Assembly: GCA_977030845.1 (NCBI GenBank)
Contig: OZ365109.1
Coordinates: forward strand, 24,056,001 to 24,120,000
Length of the DNA stretch: 64,000 nucleotides
Reading direction: 5' to 3'
Origin: Fimbriosthenelais zetlandica
Taxonomy: Eukaryota
Below the pieces are notes generated by a model that saw only the letters and a list, made by a program, of their open reading frames with translations, was not told the origin of the DNA and searched no databases. The translations under genes were made by a program, and so were the position numbers. Shown here one piece after another: positions 36,701-50,300 of the stretch (its first letter is position 1; every line of letters starts with the position of its first letter).

Positions 36701-39700
36701 AGTTGTAAAGTGTGCGCTTTCGGTAACAATATTACCGTTGCCTGGGGTTTATTTTCTTGCCCAGGACCTGAATCTGTATCGGACGAAGCTAAAATTGAAC
36801 CAGTGTTCTCTGCGTCAAATTCTGCTGACCAAGTTCTTAATTTACAAACTATTGAACAATGCTGTGTACCTGTCTATTTTTTTTGGTTTTAAGGGTATAT
36901 GAATATGGGTATATGGAACAACTGTGCACAGCTTGTAGCCCTAAAGCTTCTGTACAAGTATACAGATCGTAATTGTATTGATTTTTCCAACGCTCGTCTG
37001 CTGCAAGTGACTACTGACTTGACTCGACTGCTTGGCAGCCTTCGATAGCGCCACCATGCACTACTGTTGTTTTCACTTTCAGCACTCGCTTGCTGATTCG
37101 GAAGAAAACCGCAGGGTGCATGAGAAGTGACACAATCTTGGAAATGCCACAGAGACAGATGCTTCCCCTTTGATATCCCTATGTCTAACCATCTGTAATA
37201 TAATTCACTTATACTGGCATCAGCGAGGGGTTTTTCCCTCGGACATATTGGTTATGATTCAGTCTCTGGATTTTGAAACTGAGAACGTGTTGCAATATTA
37301 GGCACTGCCGATACTGATCCAACATTGCACAAGGCTTCGAAGGTTCCCGAGATAAAATACACGAGAATTTATTAGATTTCTAACGCTTGGGACACATGTT
37401 GGTCCCAATGCGAGTCTTTCTGATACTTTTCATTTCACCAGAGAATTCAGCAATATTATTCAAACAGGGACCACTTCTTGCTTTCAATGTTTATGGCAAG
37501 GACACTGACACTTGTTTTGATAGTGTCACTTGGACGGATCTGTCATATCATCTTGTCCCGCTTTTAGTATCTCCGAAAGAATCTGAACCTCCATCGCTGC
37601 CTGACAGCTCTGAAGGGAAACATTGAAAAACTTGTGATGGAAATAGTGCCTGAAACGTTGACTGGATGATGGCAAGTTATCTAACCAACTTGACGGAGAA
37701 GCTATTTCAACCTGGGATTGAAATGACACAGGTTGTTTACCTCGTAGAAACAACTATGTTTGTGTTGTGATGGAAAGATGGGGGGAGGAGCGAGGGGAAT
37801 GATAGGGATTTGAGGGTTGGTACCCTATCATTGCTAGGGGAGAGGATGACTTGGTGGCAGAGAGAGAATCTGGATTTGAATCTCCCCTCGGTGGGGGAGG
37901 GGAGTATAGGGGGAGGAGGCAGAGAGGTATGGTGAGCCCAGGGGGACAGTGCAGGAGTGAAATATGGCGGCACTTTGACCTGGCCTCTGATTGGCTGGCT
38001 GTGGGTGGGTGGGCGTTGAGCGGGAGGGAAGGCTGGTGGGTTGGTAGGAGGAGCCTAGATTCTGCGCAGTGATGAGGTAGGGCTTGGGGGAGGGAGGGAT
38101 AGATGGTGGGTGGGCGGGAGAAGCGGTGGGAGGGAGGGAATGGTAAAAGCTGGCGAGGAGTAGAGCGGTGTGGCAGAGAGCGGCAGGCAGCAGTGGAGTG
38201 TAGACGTCCATACACACACCGCTTGGATTTTACTCTCCCATCGTCCGTCTCGCTGTTCCTGGGTTGCGCTGCTTTGGGGAGTACGTTAGGCCAGCCCGGG
38301 GAACATTTCTGGATCTGTACGGTTTAAACATCCATTGAACAAGCTATATCTCCTCCTCATTCTTTCTCCACTGCTTTCAACTTACAGTGACAACTATGGA
38401 TTTTACGTGGTCGTGTTGTTACTGTTCTTGTTGGAACTCCTTCATCGTCCCTGCTTTGGAGTACGTTTAAGCGGGCTGGGGAGTGGAGGAGAGACGGAGT
38501 GAGTGATATTTGGGGAGTAAGTGACCTACGCTTGGTTGTTCAAGCAAGGTTGTGGAAGGAAAGGAGAGACCAGATTGTTGTTGGAGCTTCTTCGTCCTCT
38601 TCAAGGGAGAGGTTAGGGAGGACTGTTGAAAACAGCAAGAGAAGCAGAAGCAGCAGCATTTGTGAAATAAGAGGATCGCGGGCCTCTCTTCATTACAGCA
38701 GGTAATATGACAGGGTCGTGTAGCAGTAGTAGGGGGCCATGCACGGGGGAGGAGGAGGTGGGTGGTGCTAGTGGGCCGTGGTGGTGGTGGTGTGGGGAAG
38801 GTGGGGAGGAGGTATAAGCGGTCGCGGTGCTCATGCAGCTGGGGCCCGCCCTCTGAATACATAGCGGGCGGGGACCGAGGCCAGGACCAGCCGGGGAGTT
38901 TCAGGGCCGTAGCCGGAGTCGATCCTAGGGTCGGGGTGACTCCAAAGGTAAGGTACTTCGGGTATGATCTTGACCGTGCGTATTACGCCTAAACTGTTTC
39001 AAACTTGTATACTGTTCTCATATATGCGCTTGAACTCTACTTGTGTCAACTCTATTTGAACTGTTCTATAGCCATGTCACATTTATTACATTATTGCATT
39101 TCAGTGATGAAGGCCTATTCGACATAATGAGGCCTATGGTATAAGGCCCTTCATATTTGAACTTCATACAACTTTTCTCTCTTTTCTATTGAAGTTAAAT
39201 GCTGAGTTTCATTTGACATCAGGTTTCATTTTCACTGTTTGCTGTTATTGTTCTGAATATTGCCTCTTTGTTATGTGGTTCACTTGTCTTGTGTAACATA
39301 CTTGTTTAGTATGCGAACCATGAATGGTTTAATGTTGCCTTGATTTAGGTTGAGTCGGTGTCATTACTTTGCGGACACTGCACATAAAGTTGGGAGACTG
39401 GGACCTCCGCATCCATCGCCTATAAAACCAGTCTTACGACGGAAGCTATGTGAATTATTGACCATTCCCTCAGCGCTGATGTTCCTCTTTGCCTCCATGT
39501 ATGCAACCCTTATCCCCTTCCCCTTGCATGTGTTATGGGCGTCTTGGAATTAGTGGCTGGGGCGCGCGGCAGGCGCGCGATGCGCATTGTCACATAAAAG
39601 CTGGGGAATATGGGGGAGGGTGGTGCTGCTGGTTGTGCTTAAAGTGGTGGCCTGATGGATTGAGGTGGTGGTGCTGTTACAATGGCTGGGGGTGTTGTAG

Positions 39701-42658
39701 GAGAGGTGGTGGTGTAGCCTATACAGGGTTCTCCTGTTGTAATAGGGGATGATGGCGGCGGTGGTGCTGCCTGCATGTTGCTGAGTGATCCATTGACCGC
39801 TTTAACTGTGTGGGCCCCGATCTCTTGTCAACTGGGCCTGTGATGTATATGGCTAAAGTGAATGGGCCACTGGCGTGAACTGAACTCATTCATTCCCAAA
39901 CCAGCTCTTTTCTATAATGGTGGCCATGCATTCACTATAACGCAGATGTGGCCCATCTCTCTGCACTGTGTGAATGCATCGGCATGGAGAAAGGATGGCT
40001 GGCTGCAGGACTGTGGTGTCACCCACACTTGTACCTCTTGAGTTACAAGCATACGCATAATTTTGAAGTTATGGTTTTGACATCCAAGTTTTACGAGCTC
40101 TGCCTGTAGGGGAAATTAATTAGTCTTCCCCTGCCCCCACTCTCATTTCAACCAGTGTCATTTCCACCCATCCTAATCAATCAGGCCTCGTGTTCTAGAC
40201 CAAGTTACAACCTGTGAATGTCTCGGGGAGGAAATGAGTTTTAGTGATAAGGTCTTGCCTATTTTGCTGGCTTGTTAATGACTTTGAATGTACTAGATTC
40301 CAACACCGGGAGGTCTGGTGGATGGATAATGATGGGCCGAGGGAGGAGTGGGCGGTGTGAAAGAGAGAAGAGAGGGAGGGAGAGAGTGGCTGAAATTTCT
40401 CCCACTCTCTCTACCTCAAGCTGTGAGATGCATATCATCAGCTCGGGGCTAGTTTTTATAGGTGGGAGGGAGGGGTGAGTGGGTGGGTGGAGGATGGAGT
40501 GAATGGGCACATAAAGACTGAGGCAAATAAATGATGAGGTGCTGATGGGGTGGCTCAGTGAGGGGTATTTATAATGTAGATCTATATTGGGGACCTGATG
40601 GGGGTAGGCCTATATATATATATGATATCGGCTATGTATATATCCCGAGTCCCCTAGTTCAAGACGCCTTAGGCCTCAGCGTATTGAACCCCTCTTACTT
40701 CTGTAAATGGAAAGACCCGAGTGCAATCCATATATGTCCGGGCTGAACACTATAGGCGGAATTAAACCTCATTTAAAAGCAAGGCAACATATGGCATGGC
40801 TTGAGGGAGGCTTCTGTCCAAGTTCACTGATGGTTCACATAATGGCAGGTGTGGGTGGTGGAAAAGGCTCCCACTGGACCAAGTCACGAACGATGAAGCA
40901 GACGACATTGGAGATGAACAGCCTTGCCCGCGCCCCTGCTGCAGCAGGCGACTGCACCTGTTTTGGCGGGAACTCTTTTACATTTCTTTTATCCCCCAAT
41001 CCCCAACACTGAGAAAACTAATTGAATGAGGGAGTGTCCAGTGTCAGGGTGAAAGATCCCTATAAATACACTTGACTGAATGGCCACAATATGTGCCCAG
41101 CCCATCAATAATTAAATATTCATCAGGTCCCACCGGCCACTGTAATTAAGAAACCCGAGCTTTGTTGTTGACGATCTGCATTCCCATAGCAAATGCAATT
41201 ATCATCGGGATCCGAAGCTAATTCCCTTCCCCTATACGTGACATAGGTAGGTCAGGATCCGATTATAAGCCCCCAGTCTATAGAATTATACGAATTATAC
41301 TAAGTCCAATATCACAGGCGAGACGATTATTTATTGCCTCCCACCACCTGTGCACGTGTTGCCTCCAGATTTATGGCCCTTCACTCATTTAAAAGCGGTG
41401 CAGCGTGGGCATGCACCTTGCAATCCCAATTTAATCTAGAAAATTAATGAACATGTTTTTGGTTCAATACAAATATGCCAGATTTCATTTGGAAATCTAA
41501 ATTGAAATCACCGGTACTATATAGCTTCTATAATCAACCACCCTCCACACTCCCCCACGTGTTTAAGCGCCTTATTCTAATACACGGTAACAACTGGGAG
41601 CAAGTCCTGTTGGAAATTCATTAACATTTCCAAAGACAAAACCTCACTGGGCGATCAATCACGTTTCGCCCTTTTGTCCTGTTCTCGCCTACACGCGGAA
41701 TGGAAGGAGGGAATAAAACCGGCGATTAACAGTGTCTCATCCCAGTCAACAGCCATCCATCAGCCCATTATACACGAATATGTTGGCTTTTTGCACCTAT
41801 ATTGGGCTATTTCTGAAGTGGATCCTTTCATATCTTGGTTGGATTGAAATCGTGAATTAAATTTTTTAAGATTCAGGTGTAACCAATGGTAAATGTCTTT
41901 ATAACGGAACAGCCCATAGTTTGGAGGGAAATGAAAATCACACCCCTCCCTCAACAGGAGTCGAAAGCTCGAGGCCCCCCGACCTCTGTTTACATTTGAC
42001 TTTAACGTATTAAGTCAATATATTCTTATCATAGACCTATATTAAAAACTTAAAATCCATTAGATCTGGACCTTTACGAGTCCCTCTTTATAAAAACATA
42101 GGTTACTATAATTATTCTTATATATTAGGTCTACGTAAATAAATATTTAGGCCGAGACTTTGGTCGAAAAGCCCTTTCCCCCAATACGACCTCAACCCTT
42201 GTAAATCCACAGATCTAGATGTGGAGTGGGAGTAGGAGAGCATGGTGTCATAGTTATAGTAGTAGAGAAGTCAGGGAAGCTGGCATACTGAAGCCTGAAG
42301 CCATAGGCCTCTCTCAGTGGAGACGTAAGATCAATATGAGAGAGAGTGTTGTGGGCTGGCTGCATAGCATGCCTCTCTCCCTCACCACCACACTGCAGAG
42401 GCAGCACCACGGTGAGTCTTCTCTACTAAAACCCACTCTATATACACTCAACTGTCCCTAATCCATCTGTGGCATCAACAGCATAAAACCACGAAATAAT
42501 ATAAGTTCTAAATACAATATTATAGTATAAGATGAACAAAACGATGCCCTATAATATTCATCTGTGGATAGGATGATGTCAAGTGAGATACATTAGAGCC
42601 ATAATCTCAGTATCTGTGAGTAGCATTATAAATCTGATGCACCTCCACCCCTGGAATA

Positions 42659-42870
42659 TGAACTGAGTTTCAGGTTTGAGGTGCCCTGTTATATGGCCCC
42701 TCTCATTAGTGTAACAAACAAATCCACATAGTGCACACTTTTTCACAGTCCCCTAATTGTTCAGACCCCTAAGTGACCTGAATTTCAGTCTTGAGGGGCC
42801 CTGTATATGGTCCCTCTAATTAAGGAAAAACTCCATACAGTGCAGACAATCTCAGGCCCCTAAGTGTTCA
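42659..42870 (+). repeat. Diverged tandem duplication, period about 115 bp, two units
   Basis: TGAACTGAGTTTCAGGTTTGAGGTGCCCTGTTATATGGCCCCTCT at 42659 versus TGACCTGAATTTCAGTCTTGAGGGGCCCTGTATATGGTCCCTCT at 42774. Both units end near CCCCTAA(T/G)TGTTCA. Confidence 0.8.
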
Positions 42871-45800
42871 TTATACAAAGCATCTAGGCCTACCGCGTGC
42901 TGTAAAATATGGAGTAATTCCCAGCATGTCATCGTGGTTTTGATAAGGTAAATAGGCCTTCTACTCCACCATCACATGTCTCGATATAATTGCTATGTAA
43001 TTACCATTTTACAATATGATACACACATCGAGCCGAACCTGCTTTTTCTTCTTCCGACTGCCGAGGAAAGAATAGAAAGAAAGGTAAGGTGAAATATATT
43101 TTTTCAAGGCTCCAGCCAGTCTCCGACGGCGCTAGTACTGTGGTAGTTTCCAACCGCGCTATGTCAATAACAGTGATCACGGTTGGCAAGTTTCCAAGTC
43201 CTCGTCCCCTCCTGTCTCTGATGGAGCATCAGTGCATCGATCACAGACAGGGCTATGGATTCCCCGGCCTTCCTCCAAAGTCCCTAGTAGTACTTCATTA
43301 ATGTGGTCATCCCTCCAGACCCGAACACTGTAATATAAAAAAGTGTGATGATCGGGAGCAAGAACCCTTGATCCATTAGTCCGATCATTCTTAACAGTTC
43401 TGCATCCCATAAGTGTAGCCTCTAGGACTACATACATGTCTATTGCGTGCCGAGGTCCCATACTTAGGACTTTACATAAGTCACTCTTGGGACTGGTGCC
43501 CGATATACAAACAGTGTACATAAGATTCTACTTAGGCCCTCGGGGGCTATAGAGATAATATGCAGTTCCCTCTCTGTGTATATATATTTAGCCTTAGCCA
43601 CGAACAAATGAAATTTATCTGCCTGTTGGAGCCCAGCCAGATCATTGGTTGGGGCTAAGTATTGAGCCTTGCCCAGTAGAGGGGCCAGCTGTATATATGG
43701 GACTTGTATAGTTTTAGGTGCTGTTGACAAAGCTCTTTGTGGCCATTATCTTGCACAGGCTCGCTGTGCATACCTCCCACCGAGGCCTGTGTGTATAAGC
43801 CTGCTTTTAGAGAGTGAAGAAATCCATCCCAGAGCCAGGCTGGAGTAAATGGAGGGACCTGCTGTGCCTATAGAATCGGGAGGAATCGAGTCAACAGCAT
43901 GGACACCGTGGTGGACCGCCAAAAACCCAATGAACAGAGGGGTGAATGGGGAAAACTTGATCAACTCATGTTACCCTATTGTGTATCCATGTGACAGAGT
44001 GACGTGTATAACCTAAAGGCCCATCTCATTATTATATGACTTAGACTTGACAGCTAAATTTCAGTGGCAATTACTTATGTTCACTATATGGGTCCACATA
44101 CATATCTTGTTTATTTTTCCCTATTATATATTCAAATAGAAAAAGTAATTAGAGTAAAATTCCATGCTGTTTAGTATTTACTTTTTGGGATCTGGGATTT
44201 TGAGTTAATTAATCAGTGAGAACCTCGAGGACTCTGAAAAGGTGTTCACCGTTGAGAGGGATTCCTTAGAGACTTCTGTTCACTTATGGAGGTGTATTGT
44301 CTTTCATGGAATGCTTAAAACTTCTACGAAGAATATACTCCTTGGCACTTATTCTATACTCCCAAACTACCATAAAGTATTCCCCCAGACTATTGCTGTC
44401 CGGTTAAATGATGCTTGGCTCATCCTGGGTATAGACATGCAATGTATTCAGACTGCCTGAATCATTGCGCAAGCATGCCACAAGTTATTCAGTCTTAATA
44501 ACAACGGCTAACACCAAATCACATCTGCGCTGATGAAATGCTCCGGGGCCATTAGCCTTCAGTGTATATAAAGGCATTGTTTCACTGACAGGTCATGACC
44601 CCAATACTGGGATCCACGCATGTGGGAGTCGGTATTCACAATGCACACAGCTCATTCTCTACTCGCTCTCCACGGTCACTCTAATCGTGACCAGTTACAG
44701 GCAATAATCCCTGACCTGGCTGCTAATCGTAGATATATCCTGCCTATAGCTTATCGGGGCTGGGGGTGGGGGTTGTGGGTACGGAGGAGGGTGGGGTGGC
44801 AAATGGGAATCAGGTTAGTTTTGGATCATTCGGGCAGTACAAAATGCATTAAGGTATTCCTTAGAAGGTATACTAATTTGTTCCATCGTTGCCTAAATAC
44901 TAATACATATAGATCTAACCAACATATATAATCCCAACATATATCTTTCATTATATTCATTTGTAAGCATAAGCATTTTGTATACTGCATTGACACTCGT
45001 AATATTACCTGCTGTAAGCTCATTCGCTTCGAATATTCATGTCAGATTCATCCCTCTTACTTGTTTGCAGTTTTCAGCTAATTTTCAGTTTCGCTTTCAG
45101 GGCCTATAACCACAGGCAAACGTGCATCAACAGGAATTGTCAGTTGTGACGAGAAATGGCAGCTGAACACTTTTCTTTCTTCTGTTAGTTGATTGTTCCG
45201 AATTTGGGTTGTTTTGATTTGCTTACAAATTGTTCACTGTTTTGAACATTAACACGGCTTTTTGATGGAAAATGACAGGTGATCACTCTTTCCAAGTCAT
45301 AAACATTTTCTGGTTCTTTTGTGTTGATTTGACCGATTTTGGGTTGTTTTGATCTTTCTTACAAGTTGTTCTTATATATTGTCATGCCTGCTGACGACTT
45401 TCCCTTATGTTTTCATATTGAAAAGACACCTTAACGAGTTGCAAAGTTCAGCAATATCTACTAACTATGTGAACTGTTTAATTTATGACCGCTATATTTG
45501 TATACATGGCGTCTGTGGGTGGTGTGGGGAGGGGGAGAATGAGGGAGAAGGTGCCTGAGAGTGGATCGGGAGAAGGAGGAGATGGAGGAGGAGGAACAGG
45601 AGGACAGAGTGCATGAGAAAGGGGTCACCTCCAGAGAGAGAGGTGCGGAGGGACGCTGACCCAGATCCATGCAGTCTGAAGCCCGACTCCAGACCCTCCT
45701 ATTACCCCTCCTGGGTATAGCTAAAGCTTTGCCTTTCTCAGACTGGTACACCTTGGCTACCCAGGATGGGGCATCAATCAATCTTCCTGACCTCTCTCCC

Positions 45801-47328
45801 TCTTTCTGTCCCTCTCTTTGTCTTTCCCCCTCTTTCTCCCTGTCTTTCTCTTCTCCTCCCCATCCTCTCTTTTCCCCTATACCTCCACCCTTTTCACTTT
45901 TATCGTAACCGATTAGATCTCAATGATTATGGCAAATAATTCTCATTGATTATGTCTAGGTTATACTTAAATCATTTACTAATTTTTGCAAAATACATAC
46001 GTGTATTTATTATAGGCAGGCCTTTCATTCAAATTTTATATGTCTGCAAGTATTTTAAGTCTGCATTTCCAACGAGTGAAAGTCATGACTTCATTGTTTG
46101 CAAATAGTATAGACCACGCAGCACCCCATTTTGCCTCGATCAATATTATGGGAAAATGCATAACGGAGCTACTTGTTTGTCTCACAGCCCATTGGCCGAT
46201 ATCATCACATGGAACTGACAAGAAGACAATCCAATATTGACAAACTCTGTTCTTTAAGAGAAAGGCAATGTTAATGGCATCCCTGATAAACAAGCTCATG
46301 CCATAATCTCTATTGATCCATCGAGAGGAGTGTGGAGACGGGGGAGGGGCTCTATTGTAACGGCATCGGCCAATAACTCGGCGTGAGAGCAGCTCCAAGA
46401 CTGGAGTGCAACCGAGCGTAGATATCCTCCGGGATCCAACAGCTGGACGCGATGCGGCGCGCTGATCATCCTTGATGCTTGATGACCAAAGCAATTAGGC
46501 GTCCCTCTCGCCCGGATCCCCGAGCTAATGAGGTGTGGATGGGATGACAGATCGCTGTGGGCTCTCTTCTTCCCATTCCCCTCCTACCCTCCCCCTACCC
46601 CTAAAGTCCAGTGATGGATAAGAGATCTTGACGATGACCCCCAGGGGTCGGGACCACCACCACCGGGTTATTGCTCGGAGGCTATAATATTTGTGCGAGG
46701 GAAATGGCGTCAAAACTCCTCCGGGCAGGAGTCACAGTTAAATGCCCCCGCCAACACTCTCAGCGCCATCTGATGGGGATAATATGACCGGCGCCTCTAG
46801 GTATAGGCGTCTGTATTAAAGATACAGCAAAGGATGTGGGATGTGGCAATAAGGCATTTCCCCCATTCACGCCTGGGGATGACCGATAATGCTAGAAACC
46901 AGTCTATCTCAGTGGAGCAGCTTCGAGTATAAGAGAGGGAGAGATGACTTTTTGGAGCTGCTTGGTCAACTGGCGTGGTCTTGGGGAGTCAGTGAGGGAG
47001 AGAGTTGCTCTCTTAGCTTGACCTGGATTAAGGGAGACGGGCAGGAGGCCGATGGAAAGCGGCAGGGAGGCACGCCCGGTTAGGTCTTTTGTAAGGCCAC
47101 AGGTCTCTCCGGGGGCTCACGAGGTGTCAATAGCAATCGGGATAAGAGCTGGAACCCCTGACTCCCTCTTCTTCTTCCCGCCCATTCCTGGTCAATAGTC
47201 TCACTAAAGGCGAGAGGAATTAGGTTTGCTCGCGTGTAGGGCAGGCGGCGGCGTTTGAACCTGGCGACCACAGTCTTGGGTGCCAGGTAAGATCGGTCAC
47301 CAGAGGTGACTGTGAACTTTGACCCCGA

Positions 47329-47344
47329 GACGTCACCGAGTCTG
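47329..47344 (+). promoter_or_regulatory. Perfect BMP/Smad composite element
   Basis: GACGTC-ACCGA-GTCTG matches GRCGNC-N5-GTCTG. Confidence 0.35.
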
Positions 47345-50300
47345 TGATTGTGTGATGACATGCTCTCACTTCCGTGCCACAATAGGCCGCAATTCTCCCC
47401 CCCCCCCCACCCAGTCTGTCTCTCTCCCAACTCTCCCATCTCTCTCTCAAGGTATCAGACTCACAATAGGCCATCAACAAAACGAGAACATGATTCAAGG
47501 GAGAGCATTCATTCAGACCGTCACCTCCCCCACTGAGCGTTCCAGTGTTAAGAAGGTATAAAAGAAAGCCCAGCCACCGTCTAAAAGCATCCACCTCCTC
47601 GCCCAATGAAGAAGCATGCTAAATGACTTCCATTCATTGGAAATGGGTTAAAGTGTCTGGGATCCTTTTACACCTGTAATCCCTTTAACAAACACTTCCT
47701 GCCATGTCTACCTTTGAGATTCATTTCTCAAATCAGTTAAATAGGCCCCCATACATTCCCACTAACAATGTATCCGCTTAACCGCACACTTGGTGACAGT
47801 AAAAGGGATATATAATATATGCACTGGCCTATTCATCCTTATAAGTATGGACCCTTTCTGGAAAAGTACACATTGATCTAATTTGTCTAGCATATAACCA
47901 TGTTCTATATTATGGTTTGCCAAAAGGCCACTGCTGAAGCATCCCCTATGTATATTATTGGCATGGTCCCTGTACATTGGCATGGCATCTTGGTTGCTAT
48001 AGTTACTCAGCAACTATAGCCAATGGCATTTTGTGACTTGCTGCCCTTGAACCCTGCTCTGGGGGGAGGGGAGTGATAGGGGGTGGAGGAAGATGGGGAT
48101 GGAGGATTCCTGGCCTTGATGGTGGCGGGCGCCTGCTGATTGACGATGGCCAGCCGAGAGGAAGAGGAGGTCGGGAGGATCTTGTGAAGCTTACATGGCT
48201 TCTTTATAATATTCCCCGTCCCTTCCCTCTCCTTCCTACCCCTACCATCACATCCACCCCCTGTCATCTGGGGTTAACGCTCGCCGCGGCCTCCCATGTT
48301 TCTTTATAGGCTAAAAACTCTTTGAATTGCTTCCACTCTCTTTGACTTTGAGATTCATGAGTGAAAAGAGCCTTTATATAGTTATAGGACTCGGTGAGAT
48401 GATCATACTTGTGATGCATGGCAATGTTTTTCCATCTACTTCACCGATTTTCCATGGGATATGCGGGAAAAATCGATCATTACGTGACAAAATGCCACTT
48501 CGTTCAATCATCACGTCTGTAGCTACCGGAATTAGCCATGTAGTTGGTATATAGCTATTCATATCGACTTATTTGCTTCTATCCAAATAATTTGCATCTG
48601 TTATATTCCTCTAGTACTCTCGTCCATGCACCACTGAAGTAAAATACGGGCAAATGACCGTAAAATAACGGAGAATCGTCGACGTAATAGGAACTATTTC
48701 AGTGGTAAAGAGCACTCGGGAATAAAAGATAAGCTGAAATTGATCCAGCGCAGAAGTGATCGTAGAATTCACTAATAGCATGCCTGGACCCCTTTCACTT
48801 TTCCCCTAGGCCGTAGAATCACATGTTTTCTACATGAGAAGGGGACATTTTGCCAAAGACCTTTCAGTACTTGGCAGTGCCATAGCCTTTTGGAACGAGC
48901 CGGTGAATGAGAAAGAGAGGAAAAGAGAGGAGGCCTGGCCGAAAACAAGTTGGCAGGACTCGTTCGCGTCTAATCACCGGAGCAATTGGCGATGGGACAC
49001 GTGACTCCGGGGAGAGATTATTGAAAATTTGGAGCCATTTGGGCGCTGGCTGGCCGCGATCCCCGGCCACTAGCAGCCAATCCCTGACCATGTTTTATTG
49101 AGGGAGGCCAATTAAAAGCCGGCAGGAGAGTGACCCGGGCCTGACGTGGGTACTGATGGAGGCCGATCTGAGGAAGATGAAGGTCAAGTGAATGAAAGGA
49201 AGTTAAGGTCTCCCACTGATAAAAGCGCTTATGACAGAATGACTGGCCTCTTTGGTCACTCCGCCCATCCTTCTCCGCTTGAAAGATGCAATTCAATTGA
49301 TGAAAAGGACCCATGTTAAAACTTGGGATATAAATAGCCTTTATATCTTTTTCAACGAGATGTACCGCCCTCCATGACATGGCAGATTGTACGGTAAATG
49401 CCCCTGGATACTTTGGAGACTGAGATATGTCATTGGCAATGACAATTAAGAAACCACTGAGCAGTGTCCACATCATGTGTGATCCCTTGTATGTGTTTGC
49501 CTCATTATAATTATGCAAACTGGAGTTCCCGATAAGAAAATCAAGAAAATTTTGAATCTGATATAACCTAGCAGTTGACAAATAAGTACCGAACAGTAGG
49601 CCTAGACATTATCCGGTGTTCCATTTAGCAGATTTATCTTCTTGCTCGGGATATAATCCTGATTGATTTGAGGTTTACATCCATTTAGACCTACCTTCGT
49701 GTCAATTGGTGTTTGGCGTGATGGCTATTGATTATTATTTCTTCCTGCCTCGAGTGGAAGATTATGTTGTGTAATGAGTTGTTGCCATGAAAATTTGGCC
49801 ATATAGCGAACCTGTAAAGGGCTTGAGAGAGGTCTTAAAACATCCTTAAAGAGACGTGATTAGGGGAAAAAATCTAGGGCCAAATCACTGAACACAAAAA
49901 AACTGGTGGAACTAGGCCCTTGTTTAGGGACATCTTCACTTCTAATGTTCTATATATTTGCCTTCAGTTTAGGGTTATAATTATGTCCTTTAAATTTCAT
50001 CAGGCTGGAGATATTTATAAATAGGCCCCTACATTGTTCCTTTTGCTTGTGACATAATGGTAAAGCCTTGATAAAAGGTTGTATTAAATACCTTATGGTT
50101 TCCTTGTTAAGGCCTCAGTGAATGGAGCAACGCCCAAATAAGATACCATACATTATGTTGAGGCAGGCATTATTAATTAATTGTTCCTCGTACCAAGTTT
50201 TCATGTTTTAAAGACATGCCTGGGGTATGTATAACCACCCCCACCCCAGTACTTACCACATTTTCGCCCATGGTCCAACATCCACCCACATGTATTGTCC

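Noticed and set aside
37754-38862. Several 127-153 aa Pro/Ser/His-rich minus-strand ORFs
   Set aside because: They are antisense translations of G-rich low-complexity sequence.
39104-39205. Possible C/D snoRNA (GTGATGA...CTGA)
   Set aside because: No independent terminal stem and no recognisable rRNA guide.
44530-44536. CTGATGA hammerhead core
   Set aside because: No stem II followed by GAAA.
46036-46494. 152-aa minus-strand ORF
   Set aside because: No recognisable family and no supporting splice structure.
47281-47291. Minus-strand CTTACCTGGCA, like the U1 snRNA 5' end
   Set aside because: The downstream sequence is not U1. It is better explained as a + strand 5' splice-site-like sequence, CAG|GTAAG.
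49018-49581. Longest ORF (187 aa, minus strand)
   Set aside because: Non-ATG start, no recognisable domain, and it overlaps a CpG-rich regulatory-looking patch.
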